Assembly: GCA_964016885.1 (NCBI GenBank)
Contig: OZ024749.1
Location: 48,484,001 to 48,548,000 of the forward strand
DNA: 64,000 nucleotides
Reading direction: 5' to 3'
Source of the DNA: Eledone cirrhosa
Lineage: Eukaryota
Positions 26,271 to 41,992 of this stretch are shown in pieces. The position numbers and the translations under genes were made by a program. How positions within the stretch are numbered: position 1 is the stretch's first letter; each line of letters opens with the position of its first letter. The notes below the pieces were generated by a model. That model was not told the origin of the DNA. It did no database searches and saw nothing but the letters and a program-made list of their open reading frames with translations.

Positions 26271-29200
26271 TAAGGCGAAATCCTCTCTCTCTCTCTCTTT
26301 ATATATATATATATATATATATATGTTTGCATGTATGGATGTATAGCTACCGTTGAATAACTACCTTTCCGAAAATGGTATATATCACATTTTATTATTC
26401 CTTTAACTAGCGTAGCTATTTCATTAATGATAAATGTTTTATTATATTACATTATATTATATTATATCATATTATATTATGTTAAATCTTATATTAAGTT
26501 GCATTATATTATATTATTTACATTGTATTTTATTACATTAATATATGTTATATTATATTCTATATCATAAAAATACGCCAATCATTAATCTCATAGACCT
26601 GGTGGATTGAATCTTTTATAATTATTCCTGAGAATATAAACGTTGGATGATTCCCAACAACCGTTGCTGTAAGTATAGCATCACGATTTTGGCATTTTGT
26701 CTATTTTACTATCCTTGCGAATGTAGCATAACAATGTGATATTAACTCTAGCTTCAAATTTCATCTTATCAAACAATAAAAATTTGCAGGAAATCAAGTG
26801 TCAATGACATTCAGTTTCCTGGAGATTCTTAATCAATCCTCTTGAGGTACTTTTAACAAATAAAACCTGGTGAATTGAAGAAATACGGAGCCGATTGTTT
26901 GTGTTTGGTGATTTACTGAATTGTTTAATAGGAATTAATAAATGGTGAATGAACTTCAAATGTACAAACGACAAACTTTCATTTCATTTAGAAGAAATAT
27001 CCACATATTGATTAATATCTCTCAAACATTTATTAATCCTCTATGACCATACTCATAACAAATACTAAAGTAACTGCAATATTTTAAGTGGTAAGTTTAA
27101 AGCTACTGTGTAATGGTAGTTTATGTTCATATATTTGCTCGAGCGAACAAAGGAGCGTCTTCAACAGTTTTCACGTTCACAATATCTTCTAGAACTAGGA
27201 AGTGTATCTACAATAACAAGAACAACAGTAATTCGTATGTGTTTGTTATGATAAATCATTAGAAATTAGATTACGAGACAGAATATAGATTGAGCAGATA
27301 TATATATTAAAAAGTTTGTCTGCATTTGTAGTATTTAAACTATTTTCTGTTCAGAGAAAATTACCATCGACATTTCCATCTTTCTTTTAGAACTGGGTAA
27401 ACAAATATATACCAGTAATACATTTGTGAATTATTAGTGTATATTGTTTCAGGTGGCTACATCAAAAACCAAACTAATTATATGTTGGTGGTAAAACGAG
27501 AAAGATAACTGGAAGGTGAACTTAAACATGATTTGTCATCAACGTCCTCTTTTTTATGAATAACTGATGTTTTTGCTGTTATCAAAATCTCCCACCTGAA
27601 TGGTGAGGTTCTGCGGCCAGGTCTTAGTTCTAGTCAGAATACTGAAAAACTCCCAATAAATTGTAAGAAGAAAAAATGCAAAGCCTAGGGCAATGAAGAG
27701 CATCAATCTTGAAAGAAAAAAAATGATAATTGGAAAGAGGTTTTGCAGTTTTCCTTTGCAAATTACATCCGAAAAATATAAGGCTTGTGGATTATGAAAA
27801 GACACGTCTTCTATGACAGAGCTTCATAGAATATTGAAGTGTAAATCCATGCTTACAGGGCCGTGAAATCGAATTTTCCCCCACATGGAGATGCGTGTAT
27901 AAAAATCCATTAAAATATGCGTCTGGTAGTGTATATGCAGCAGGAACGTACAGCAGATACATGCTAAGAAGAGATAAGCTGGGTCAATTTTCTAAAAATC
28001 CTCGTGCTTGTCATCTTCCGGAATCTATCGCAGACATCATTGCTATTTAATACGTATATCAGTTAACTTCCAAATAAAGAAAATTCCTTAAGTTCCACGG
28101 CTATAAAAATATTCATCACGCAAGCGTATTCTATGTCGCCTCGTGTGATTTCATGGCGGAAATTATTGTATTGCGCGATCAACTCGTTCATTGTGTATTT
28201 AAATTAGATATATTTCATCTCATTAGGGAGCGCACCTCGTGAAATGAAGTATCGCTGGCATCTATCATGCATGACTGATGCTGGTTTGGTTTCTATTGAT
28301 ATAATCCCATGGCAGCAATTCTAGAATATCTTTAATTATCTATTCTACAGCTAATAACACCTCTTGTGAGACTTGCCTTCACTTTCCATTACAACTTATC
28401 GGCTTTGATACAAGCTGCAGTTTTAACGTTCTTTATAAAAATAAGGGAATTCCACAGAAGCGAGATGGTTACATTTCGCTTACAATATCTGAAGGTAAGG
28501 TTGATACAAAATTATAACCTGATAGCAGTAACTTATAATTTATTTTATCAAAGAACAAAAGCTATTGATTTCCCGTTGATTTCGTAAATCAATAACCTTG
28601 TCAACCTTCATACAGCCGAAATCAAAGAAACAAAACAAAATTAATATTTGTGCACAAATATCTGAAAGATTGTACAGACTTATAAATTGATAATTGGGGA
28701 GTAACGATTTTCATTCCAATTACATTGAAAAGATAAAAGGCTGGTGGATTATCAAAAGACAAAAGGCTTGAAAATTATCAACTGAACAATGAAAGGAAGA
28801 AAAAAACGGAGAAAAGAAGTGAAACTAAAATAGGAAAAAAATAATAAACATAGTTCTGGTATATACTTAGCTGAAATTGACTCAGTTTTTGATTATTCGA
28901 AATGCAATGAATTAACGTGTTAATTAGTTACTAAATATGAAACAATATACGTGAGTAGGGTGAACCTAAGGTTAGTATATTATCCATTGAATATATATCT
29001 TTTATATGTTCTTTTATATACAACGATATTTTCGCTTTTGGTAGAATAGAATTATTTTCAATAATTCATCTGATTTTGATCAATGGTTTCAAGCCCAACA
29101 TAGAACAATATAACAGATATAAAAAAGAAATACAATATGTACGTCAGTTTTAACGACCACAATTTCCTTTTTAAAGTTTCACAATGTACAAGACAGTCAT

Positions 29201-29983
29201 GGGCGTAAACTTGGCTTTGTGAGTATTAAATTCCCTTTGTCAATACCTTACACCGGCTTCAGCATCGTCGATAGACATCGGTAAATATAGGCACATACAT
29301 ATCCTAGAACAAAGCACAAACGCCCACACACATACACACACATACACATACATCCTAAATACAACGCCCTCAAATGCTCATGACTGTTTTATTTGAACAT
29401 CATTATCGAAACCTATTCTTCTGATGAAAGTAATTTTTTTCCAGCGTTAACAAGTTGCACATATTGCAGTCTAGGTTCTTTGTCGATTTAATGCTAGTCT
29501 TAATGTTTTACGTATTTATCTCTGTGTACATAAATAGGGAGACACAAAACAGGGTTTGTTTATAAACGGCTTGCTAATTTAAAAATTAGGTAGTAACAGC
29601 TGTTTACGCCGTATTTCACTAAATAGAATTAGTCTGTTAGTTGGGCTTTTAAAAGAACCATCTGAATGGAAATAAAGATGAGTATTGGGGTACATAGAAC
29701 ACGAACCGACATCTTTGCTTTGCCGGGCCAATGTGTTACCATCTGTATTTGGAGTCAATAGACACTCGTACATTTTCCTATAGAGTGGATATCTGATCTG
29801 TTTCGCAAACCCACATTCAAATTGCTATGCCCCCTTAAGTTACGTGAATAATTGCATGACAGCAAGATCGTTGACGATTTAAAGCGACAACCATCTCTTC
29901 ACATTATGTAACAGTGAATATATTCAGTTGATGCTCTCCCCACTCTATCTCTCTCTCCACTCACTCGCAACTACACACGCATT

Positions 29984-30105
<122 letters not shown>

Positions 30106-30871
30106 AACTATATATATATATATGGAATGTATAAAAGTATATATATATACGATGAGTTTCCGGGACATTCCTGTCTATCAAGCTCCACTTTCAAATAGTA
30201 GGTCAAGTAGAAGCTGAAGGAAGACAAATACCTAAAATATTATGCTGTATAATCGAAATCAGAATTATCTGTAGGCTGTGAAGGAAAGACACTGTTTAAG
30301 TTGGGCGAATTCATACTCAACGTTAACTAATTAATAAGCTATACTTGATTAAAGTGTGTTTAATTAACTAAACGCTCCGTTCGTGTAATTCTAGAGTGGA
30401 TAGGTTGAGAGTGGAAATGCAATGAGGATTAACTTCAATTCAGAACATCTCGAGTATTCCGAATATTCTTACTTACACCTGGTTCTCAAAATAATCTGTT
30501 TCTAATGGTGTACTATATATCAAATTAAACATCACGTAGAGACCTCTATGTAGTCAGTAGATCTACTAATAATAGCAACTCACTTTCTCCAAATAGCATT
30601 CTCTCGTCATACAAAAAACAAAACAAGGAAATATATATTGCAAAATATATTCTTAAAGATGCAACGAGACGGTATGGCTAATGCTGTACCACGTTTGATT
30701 ATAGATCTGTTCAATCAAAACAGCTGCAACTACACAAAAGAAAGAACAATATTGGAGCCCTGCTGACACTAGCAGCATTCCTCATTGACTTTATAATATT
30801 GCCTGCACGGAGAACAGCTTCAAGCATTGCATGCTTATTTTCTTATTTTCCAATATATTAATTTTTCTTCT

Positions 30872-31010
30872 CATGATAAGGCACAATGCCTACAGTTATT
30901 GTAAGAGATGTGATATAGCCAATTAAATCAACTACAATATAGTATTGGTAAGTATTTTATCGACCCTTTGAGGATGGGAACTAAATCGATTTTGTTGCAG
31001 AGTCGATCCT
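30872..31010 (-). mobile_element. SINE, old fragment
   Basis: Plus strand AAGGCACAATGCC...TGGTAAGTATTTTATCGACCCTTTGAGGATG is the reverse complement of the tail and central domain. Confidence 0.55.
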
Positions 31011-32757
31011 GAAGTAAATAAATGTCTAAAACTATTTCACGAAACAAAACACCAGAAGTATTCCTATTGGCCATCAACATTTCTCGTATAAAACAACACA
31101 CTTTCCTTTTTGTTTATTGAAATATTTGTGTAGCGAAAGTCACAACATGGAACATATATTATGATATACGACGATATATGTCACGTAGGATATATTTACT
31201 TGCACAAAAGAATAGAAAGTTATAACCGTTAACGTGTGAGTGTCTATGTGATCACTCAAACAACATAGAATAGCAAACGGCCATTCTTCACAGCTTCATA
31301 AAAAAATGTATGCTGTCGTGGCTGCTATGAATTTGGTCCTAGTTCTCTTGACCAGGGCAATACAAAAAAATAAGAATAAAATTCAAACCAATATATCTAA
31401 TATGGTAAAGGACAACGAGAAATCCTTAATGAAAAACATATATGTAAATATCTGTTTAATCAGTTTCTCTTTTACCTTTTTCGATTCTAGTTACTCTCCT
31501 CAAAACATATTGAACAAGAGCCTTCTTTAAAACCTTCCCAAGACGATCGAAATGGCCATCATCATTCGAGATATTATCAATTAAGAAGATGCAAATAGTA
31601 TTGCTTTTTTAAAATATATTGATATCCAAGTTATCAGAGAAGAAGCTAATAAAACTTCCATCATATATATTTATAGATTATTATACAAACAACTTACATC
31701 ATGTTCTATGGAGCTAGCATTTAATTCCATGCAACTGCTACCTAAATTTGATCTGGATTGTAAAACATCTTATCATTGTGCTATAACTGGCCACTACATG
31801 AACATCTCACAACTAATACCTACTTAGTCCCTGAATGTAATAGATCATAGCAGGATTAATGACATCCCGTAGTGTATGAATCTGTCGAACGAAACCATAC
31901 ATGCTAGAATATTTTGGTACTTAAGATTTGTTAATTATCTCTGCAAGGCTAAAAGTGCAACATCTAGTGCACGACTCGAATATAAGCTACCATTCAGATA
32001 TAAACTAAACCTATTCATTTGATTGAAAATCTATCCATTATGGGCAGCCTCACGGGTTAATAAATGAGGAATATTATATGTGCGTATTTATCTCTAACAC
32101 ATCGTAGTCAAGGCACCATACTATCAAACATTACTGCATGAAAACACAACTCTATAAACGGTAGGTATGTAAGACAAGTTATTCAAAGAAAATTTGTCAG
32201 GAAAACGTAAATATGCTAAGTAAGAAATGGAAGGATTTTGCTCATAGGTCTGATATTATAGGGTCGGCGAGAAGATAAGAAACGATGGCACACATGGATA
32301 TGTTACTAACCAAATTTACTGTCCTCTCTTCTGCATTTATCCTACAATGTCTGTCCTAATGATGTAGCAGTTTGCTAACTTCATATATTTGGACTGTCCA
32401 AATCCTGTCTCTATCACTGTCCAAAATCCTTTCCAATGCATGCCTCTATATTTAACTACTCTGTGGTTATATCTACGCTGCATCCTGTTTTCATATATAT
32501 GGATATACTGACAAAAAAGCATGAGAATAATACATATCGATCGAAACGAAATAGAAGGGCGACTAAGTTCATTTACCTTCGTTGCTTTTTTCTCATTTGA
32601 TTGGTCAATATAAGAAAGGTAATATATGATTATTACATTTTATTCTATTAAGGAATATATATTTTAAAAACAATAAATTCTAAGCATACAATGTATAGAA
32701 GTAGTATGTATGTATTTATTTATATTATTTATTGTATATGTATATATATATATATCC

Positions 32758-32789
<32 letters not shown>

Positions 32790-32994
32790 TTATACTTAAT
32801 GCTTAAGCTCGCTCTCATACCTATTTTTCTTTTCCACCTAACTATCACCTGCTCACCGTTGCCACCATAATTCTGTATCAATATTTCTCTACTTCTTACA
32901 TATCTATTCACTCATATTTCCTTTCTCTCATTCATTGTCTTGATAGATAATAGATAATATGTACATTCATATATATTTATATATATATATATAA

Positions 32995-33097
<103 letters not shown>

Positions 33098-33568
33098 CAT
33101 ACATATATATATGCATATATATATGCATATATACATATTATATATGCATATATACATATATATGATATATATATGTATATACATATATATGCATATATAC
33201 ATATTATATATGCATATATATATTTAATATCATTGTTGTATATTTCCATGTTAATGTAGAAGTATGAATGTAAAATGTGTGCTTGTTTATTTTCCATTTC
33301 CTCCTGCTATAGAAAAAATAATGCTGTCTCTAAGAGACATCAATTTACATTACTTTTTCTTCTTGTTCTTCTTGTTTACTTCGGAAAGTTTTCTTTTTTT
33401 ATTCTCTATCTGTAAATGTATGAAGAAGTCTCTGAAAATTTCGTGGAAATGTGTCAAATAATCTGTAATTTGACTACAAAGCATTGAAAGGAAGAATTGT
33501 AGGAGGAGAGATATCGTATGTATGCATGCCTTTGTATGCACAAACATACACATATACATACATTCATC

Positions 33569-33616
<48 letters not shown>

Positions 33617-33642
33617 GTGTGTGTGTAGTTGAGATTCAACAA

Positions 33643-33733
<91 letters not shown>

Positions 33734-34546
33734 TTTATATGTACGTCTGTGGGTGTGAATTGTATGTGGTGTGTGTAAGTAACATATCACTAACTGTTTT
33801 AAAGAAATATGAATGTAAGTGCTAATATCAAGATACAATATTGTTGCTTTCCGAAATCTTTTCTTCAAAGAAGAAAACAATAATGTTATCGCCTTCTAGA
33901 GTCTTATTTAATAAACTCTTGAATAAAATATGAGTTGTGTTCTGTTTTTATTCTTTTTGATCTAGTTGATAAAAGAGAATAACCAAAACTGAAATATTCT
34001 GTGATTATATTTTTCTTCTGGTACTGATAGATTAACATTTTTGGTATTTCTTAGTTACTATTAAATTAGAGCTTGTATACATTCATAGTTGTGTAATTTA
34101 TCTTATAGAAGCTGAAACAGCAATTTGCTATGGAATTTATAGTTTAGGTGATGACACAGAGGACTAAAAGATAAATATAAATGCGTAAATGTTAATTATC
34201 AATCTGTCCTAAAGATCTTTGTCACAGAATCATCAAATAAAACGTTATAGTTTTTTCTAGCTACAAAAATAAGAAATGGAAAATAGATAAATAAATAAAC
34301 ATTAATTTTCTTCATGTCGAAGACGATGTACTATATTTTCAACTATATGATGATGTAAGAATATAATGTAGGTGCTGCATAAATTCTAAACGACCAACTG
34401 TTCAATGCACAATGTTTTAGATAACTTCTACAATATTAATTTACTTGCAATATATATATTAATTCGCACGCTGCCGTCTTATAACATGTGTGACTCCATT
34501 TCTAATATATGACTCAACAAATGTAATGCATAATATATATATATTT

Positions 34547-34675
34547 AATATAGAAATGGTTTCTACAGTACTAGAACTGTTTCATTCGATGTTTTCCTTC
34601 TAATGAAATATTTCTACTCCAGTAGAAGCCATTTTTATATTTAATATTTATACTCTGCTTGTATTGAGTACCTTA
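34547..34675 (+). mobile_element. Family A fold-back copy, older, inverted within stem II
   Basis: AATATAGAAATGGTTTCTACAGTACTAGAACTGTTTCATT ... AATGAAATATTTCTACTCCAGTAGAAGCCATTTTTATATT, then the tail TACTCTGCTTGTATTGAGTACCTTA. Confidence 0.7.
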
Positions 34676-35308
34676 ATTGTGTATGTGTTTGTGTGTGTGT
34701 ATGTATGTATGTATATTTGTGTGTATGTGTGTGTGAATGTGTATGTGTGTGTGTGTGTGTGCGTGCGCGTTCGTGCGTGTGAGTGTGCCAGTATGTCTAA
34801 ATTAAATTAGCGCAATATGCTAATTGGCGGCGGGATTTCACAAGGAATTAATATATCAGAGCACATGGCAGACACATGTACATTAAATAAATAAAGATAT
34901 CCGTGTATCGTTGACACGGCCACAAGCTTTTAACGTGCTATTGCAACCAAAGCATCGTGTTATTGATAAAATATATAACACAACGGTAGCAAAAGCAGAA
35001 ATTTCAATTTAATAAAATCGACTGATCTCGCAAATTCAATCGTAGTGGATCTTAGAAAATCTAATATGAGCTGAAGTTATCGTAAATTTCTGAAAACCTG
35101 GAGACCTTGAACAATTTCTTGATTTCCTTTGTGGCAGTTAATATATAAATGATCTCAGTTCATGTTTATACTGTTTTTTTGCATTCTTGTCTTTTTTTTT
35201 CATATTATATTTTGTGAATTTTATTCTATATTGATTTTAGTCAACGTTCATATATTTATATTTATTTTATTCTGTTTCATATTTCATCTCTCTATTCATA
35301 CATATATA

Positions 35309-35471
<163 letters not shown>

Positions 35472-36509
35472 CCGAGAAAGAGAGAGGGGTACTGAGATAA
35501 AGACTTAGGTAGAGATAGACGGGTTGATAGATTGGTAGCTAGAAAGATAGATAATTAAGACAGCATCAGGAAAACCCGTACAATTCAATAAGGAAATATA
35601 ATGGAAGAACTAGATTACAGTACATTTCGAATGAGGAAATGCAACAATAGTTTTTATCTTAATTATTTCAAGGTATTTCAACCTTAGAAACATCTATTCC
35701 AAATAAGAGAGGAGAGATCGATACAAGATACAAGAAAGCTATTTCAATTTTGTGAGATTGACTGTTGGTGGAAATGTGACACGTGTAAGCCGTTCACAGC
35801 AGCCAATCGGTTTCACGTAGCAACATCCGTTCTTAAGATTTGTTTTATGTCTGCATATAAGAAGATCCACTTTTTCCGGAAATTAAGCAGCTTCCTCATG
35901 GTGGCTTCAAGAAATGTGCTATACACAATATAATGACGACAGCATAGAAGCCATCAAATAATAAGGTTTTCATTAAAAAAATGTATATTATGAGAAAAGA
36001 AAGGGAACTAAATATTGTAGGGCGAAAATCGAGTTTGCAGCTAAAATGATAATGTGTTTGGAGCGAAGTCATTTTGTGGATAGGTTATGTTTTAATGGTG
36101 GTCAGGGAGTGGGATCCGTGGAGTTAGAAACCCTAGCAATGGTGGAATGTCTAGTTAATCAATACGTATTTTGTGGGGCCAGTAATTGAGGCAAACAGTT
36201 AGTGGTGCTGTATAGCTTTTTTAACAATCCTCTTTTTCTTAGCTTATGTTTAAATAGCTAAGTAATATCCTTAAAGATTCTATATACATATTCATATCTC
36301 TGCTCATATGTATTATTGACGGAGATTGATGCAACAATTCCACAACTTTGTAAAAAAAAGGTTATGTGTTTTCCATTGCCCCCCCCCCCCCCCACCCCAC
36401 CACCTCTCTATATCTCTCTCTCTCTATATATATATATATACATATAGATATGTGTGTGTGTGTATGTGTGTGTGTGTACATACATGTGTGTTTTTTTTAG
36501 TCTGTGTAG

Positions 36510-36611
<102 letters not shown>

Positions 36612-37853
36612 GTATGTATTTATATCTACACAGACTCACACACACACATGTATGCACACACACACACACACACATAATATATAAGTGTGTGGGCGCGTGA
36701 TCCTGTTCTTAATGAGAGAATAGCGTGGTTCAAGTGGTCTACATCACGTGTGATTAAAAGAAAAAAACTGCTCATCAAAAGTCAGTACATTAAGAACATA
36801 GAATAACAACATTTAATTCCAAATCTATTATGTTCGTGAGAGATGTGTCTGGCACCTCAACTGTTTTATGCAAAGCAATACACACTCGTATATGTTGTTC
36901 TTCCATTTATTTATGTTTTTCTTTTTTTTATATTGGCGGCAGTGTTGTCATGTCCCTGAGCAGTCTATGGCCTGTGTATCATTTTTTGTTTGTTATTTAT
37001 GTTTCTATTGATGATAGTCTTTTAAATTACATTTTAAATTAATGTCTCAGAAGCTCGTACGATTAAAATGACGAACTTTAGAATTTTAGATTAAAGCCAT
37101 ATATAACAAAAAATAGCAAGTCAGTCGATGTTGGCATAATGTCAATTCTTGTGGCTAAATTATGCTTTCTTTAATCGTATGTTGTTGCTAAGTTTCAGCT
37201 ACTTCTTTGGTATATAACTTGAAAACTGGGATGGTTATCGGTAATTTACAATGTAGTTAATGTTGTTTAAATAATAAAATATGATCTTTACAGTTTATCT
37301 TTCTTTATGCTCTCGATTAGACGCCTATTGACTTTACTATTCCTTCTCTCTCCATATATTTCTCTCTCTTTCCCACCACATTCTGTATTTGTTTCTATAT
37401 GCGTTCCTTTTCTCCCTTTACTGGATTCAGTCATTTGACGGCAGCCTTGTTATGGCACTGCCTATCTTGGCTTTTGTTGATCATATCGCCTCTAGTACTT
37501 ATTTTTCAAATCTGCTACTTATTTCACCGATGTAGTTTTGTGGAAGACTATTACACATAACATGAAAACAGACACAGACACAAAGGTGATATAAAAAGAC
37601 ATTGGACATATTCATCCAAATTTTGTGTGTGTGAGTGTGTGTGAGTGTGTGTGTTTGATTGCGTTTATGTGATTGTGTATGCATGCATTTATGGGGGTAT
37701 GTATATATGATATTTTATTAGCTGAGGATAATAGAAAATTCGTATTCTCGACTAATAAAATATTATGTATACATTGCTCTTCCTATTAAGTAGATTTCTC
37801 TTTATTATCTAATACCATATCTCTTTTTATCGCTCTCCCTCTCCCCCTGTATT

Positions 37854-37884
<31 letters not shown>

Positions 37885-38517
37885 ATGTATATATATATAT
37901 ATATATTCATACAGATGATAGTAAATATAACGATGTCATGGCATGTGTAATTTCCTACAATAAGAAACAATTCATATATGATATTGGAACGGCTCTATAC
38001 TATAAAATATTTGTATATGAGATCATTCTATCAAGGCATTGCAAAATAAATCAACATTTATTTATTGTAGTATCTCTTGTTATTTTTACCAATTATCTGC
38101 AAATCTCACATGAAACCCACATTAGTGTTAAGAAAATATTGACATTGTGTTCGTGCTGAGGCTTTTCAGATTATTCTTGAGCTCTATATTTATTTCACTA
38201 CTGTAAGTTTATATTAACTTCCTATATGGAAAATATTTTCTCATATGGATATTTTTGTTTAATATATAATAGTATATGATACGATAATGTTACTGCTTAT
38301 ACAATGATTGTTCCACCGATAAATAGTGTTGATGATCCGTCTCGGTAAATATTATTATGAGTTTGGATAGACAAATAATGTTTTTTGTCTGAGAACTTGA
38401 GAAGATTGATATATTTCATTCTCTATACTTTCATATGAAGTATCTGTATAGAATTATAACTTTCTTCTACTCACTGTGTAAACATTTATCCAGATCCATC
38501 ATGCATTTATATCTACC

Positions 38518-38645
<128 letters not shown>

Positions 38646-40724
38646 ATTACATCTCTATCATTTTTAGTATGTAATTCTGTGAGGAGGTTATTGGTGAATT
38701 CGAGATTATGGAAGAGATTACTTGCTCGTGTCGCCATGTATTTCTATCCAGGTCAACCATATTGTTTTGATGCCTACTGCTTAACTACATAAACTTATTT
38801 GCTTCTATGGTATTTTCTTGTATATTAGTCGTATGCTTTCAGATTTTATCCCTGAAACATTACAATATATCGTCGAATAAGTAGACAAATAAAAGTATAG
38901 TTATCACCTTGTTCTTAGTATTTTGCAGTTATTGCTATTAAGTTCACTGTTTAGATTTCAGTTGAACCTAGATCGAATAGTCCGACAATGAATGCAGCTT
39001 GTTTTATTCATTCAATCAGGTATAAAGTACCACAGATTACATTAGAAAATAAGTTTATCATAAAAGGAGAGTATGCTGTATATACTAATTAGTTTCATGC
39101 GAAAGACACAGGGATATTGTATTCTTACATTTGAATGTTTTAAGAGAAGTAAGAAGACAATGTTATGTTTCTTCTATTAGCAGCATCAGGTCAATGAACG
39201 ATCACTAGTGGAATTGACGTGTAGGAATACAAAGGAGAAACTAGAGGCCAAATATTGCGCTAAATATAACATGTCTGAAAGAGAAGAGTAATAATCGTCA
39301 TTGAAATATATATTATTGGGACTCACCTACGCCAAAACAAAATCAGCAGTAGCAAATACACCAACAATACATTCAATACATTTAAATATATAGTAATGAA
39401 TCAACGTATCAAATTTTCTACTTACATAAAATAACAACACTAACATGTTAATTTCAAAGAATCGGTCAATGACCGATTCCATTCAGTGTTTATCAATAAC
39501 ATTCTTAAATATATCCTGTATAACATTGGCTAACATAAACATAAAAGCGAATAGTTACCTACACATACCAAAAATAGATATGCCTACATGTTACCGACAC
39601 CATCCCGAAAATAATTATGAGATTTCCAAGAAAGCAGCAGTATACGTCAATGAAAAGCAGTATACATCAACGAGTTCTGTATGGGAAAATATATATCTGC
39701 AGTTTTCCTACCTAATTATTTTTCTTGATTGATCAACTGAAATGCCTTCTAATTGGTACATTCATCAGTGGACACGTGAAAGCATAAACCTTACGCAATG
39801 TAAGTGTGATAAAATATGAGATAAGACCGGTCTAATTTTAATTATATATGCACAGTCCATCTGACGAACATATAGAATGTATATCTAGTCTATTTAACTT
39901 AAATCTATTGCCCTAAAAACACAGAATCGTCTTCACTTATATATCTTAATTCATAAGCCACATCGACTGAAGATGACTTGTGGATAAGTAACAGCTAAAA
40001 TGGTAACATCTAAAACATCATCAGTATCCTTATGTCTGGATGTTGTATGTCTATTCAAAACACCTATTTGCTATCTCACCAAATACTCTCTATTTTGCGC
40101 GGTTTTGAACATTCATAAAATATTTCTTCCCAGAAACAATCGTTGCACATCATTTAGTATGGTGCCTAGGTAATTATTATTCAGATGTGTGGTTTAATTT
40201 CGTTTTTCCTGGTTTGCATTGGTTCGACGAAACCTGGCACTTATTCCACAGTTATATGTGCTCGTCAACTGAGAGTCCAACATCCCAAAACACATAAAAG
40301 AACGCCATTATGGAACAGGGCTAACTCCTAAAGATGTGTTTTAATAAAACCAAAGGGTCTCTCGCACAACAAAAAAAAGACTCCTTTATTGGATGGTATT
40401 TGACTCTCCTGAGTTCTGCCACCCTTTAGCGCTTTTAACTTTTTATCCCACAAGCTTGATGATGAAGTTGCCGGTTTAGTCGCCGACAAATCAACTATGC
40501 ATAGCTAGTACTGGGATACATGTTATCAGTAGCACAGAAGTGCGACCTGAAAAATATATAGACAATACATAACAGACAGAGAGTTCTTGTCAATTGCGGA
40601 TATATAAAATTAAAATTATTTATTGCCCAAATTTGATTTTGCACTACATTTATGAAACATAATTAATATATTAAGTTATCTAGTCCAGCAACCTATTATG
40701 TATGTCAATATACGAATTTATACT

Positions 40725-40765
<41 letters not shown>

Positions 40766-41872
40766 AATTAGTCATAAATGGTTCCTTCAAATTTGATATG
40801 AGGAAGCGATCAATTACGACGTCTTCCGTATAGAACACTTGAGAAAGAATGAAAAAGAAATCAAGTATAAAGTTGATGAGAGACTATACGAACTTAATGA
40901 ATTGAACCTCTTCAATGTATAAAGAAGTATATGTGTGATTGTGTGTAGGTGTTCGTGAAAGTGTGTGCTGTACCATTGTAAACGTAAATGAGAGATATAT
41001 GGTTTCTTTTACAAGATATGTGTATATATGATTTTGCAGTATAGTGTGAATATGTTTTTGTTGGATGCCATTGACAATACCAGGAGATGGCAATTGATTC
41101 ATGGTAATCAAATATAGAAAGCAATAAGTTACTAGCCTCTATAACGTTGTTTAAATAAAATCAGACCAAATTATATACACTTCTTCGTTCGCACCGTATC
41201 CAACAAATTTGAAACCAAAATCGATTGTAATCATTCTACAGGCTTCATACAAAATGCTCATTTTACACTCTGTAATTCATAGTAAGTCTTATATATATTT
41301 CGCAATTATTAAATAGAACATTTTTGGTTACGTTGCATGTTGAAATGTTAATAATGGAAACGTTAAGTAAAGGGTAACATTAACTGTCCTTTAACAGTGT
41401 TTCCTTAATTTTCGGTTGCATTATTAATGCAATTACATCATCAAAGGTAATGTATTGAAATTAATGTAGCTACAGCGGGTTGAGGATATAAATCTGAAAT
41501 GTTATAGCATGAAATTACACAAGCTCCCCTTAAATTATGAATACTAACGTATTCTAGATATCTGGAGAATCTACAACTTATATATTCATAATATATACCC
41601 CAATATTTTGTATATCACACTGTAATGCCACAATTTCAACATTTACGTCTGCTACCTTCTATACCTGTATCGAAATCTCTCATATATTGACATTGATATC
41701 TTTACTGAAGTTGTCGTCTTATTTTTCCTTACGGATCTATACTTTTACACACACACACACACATACACACACACACATATATATATATAGAGTTCAAGGA
41801 AAGGACAAATCATATAAAAACATTCTTATTAATTTCACGCGTTATATGGAAACATGGAAATAAATATATATT

Positions 41873-41992
<120 letters not shown>

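Noticed and set aside
28100-28270. CpG-richer unique stretch as a possible enhancer
   Set aside because: Composition alone is not evidence; conservation or chromatin data would be needed.
33415-33465. TGAAGA...GAAATGTGTC hammerhead-like string
   Set aside because: The core is incomplete and the stems do not pair.
39962-40000. CTGAAGA followed by a small hairpin
   Set aside because: No GAAA or NUH in register.
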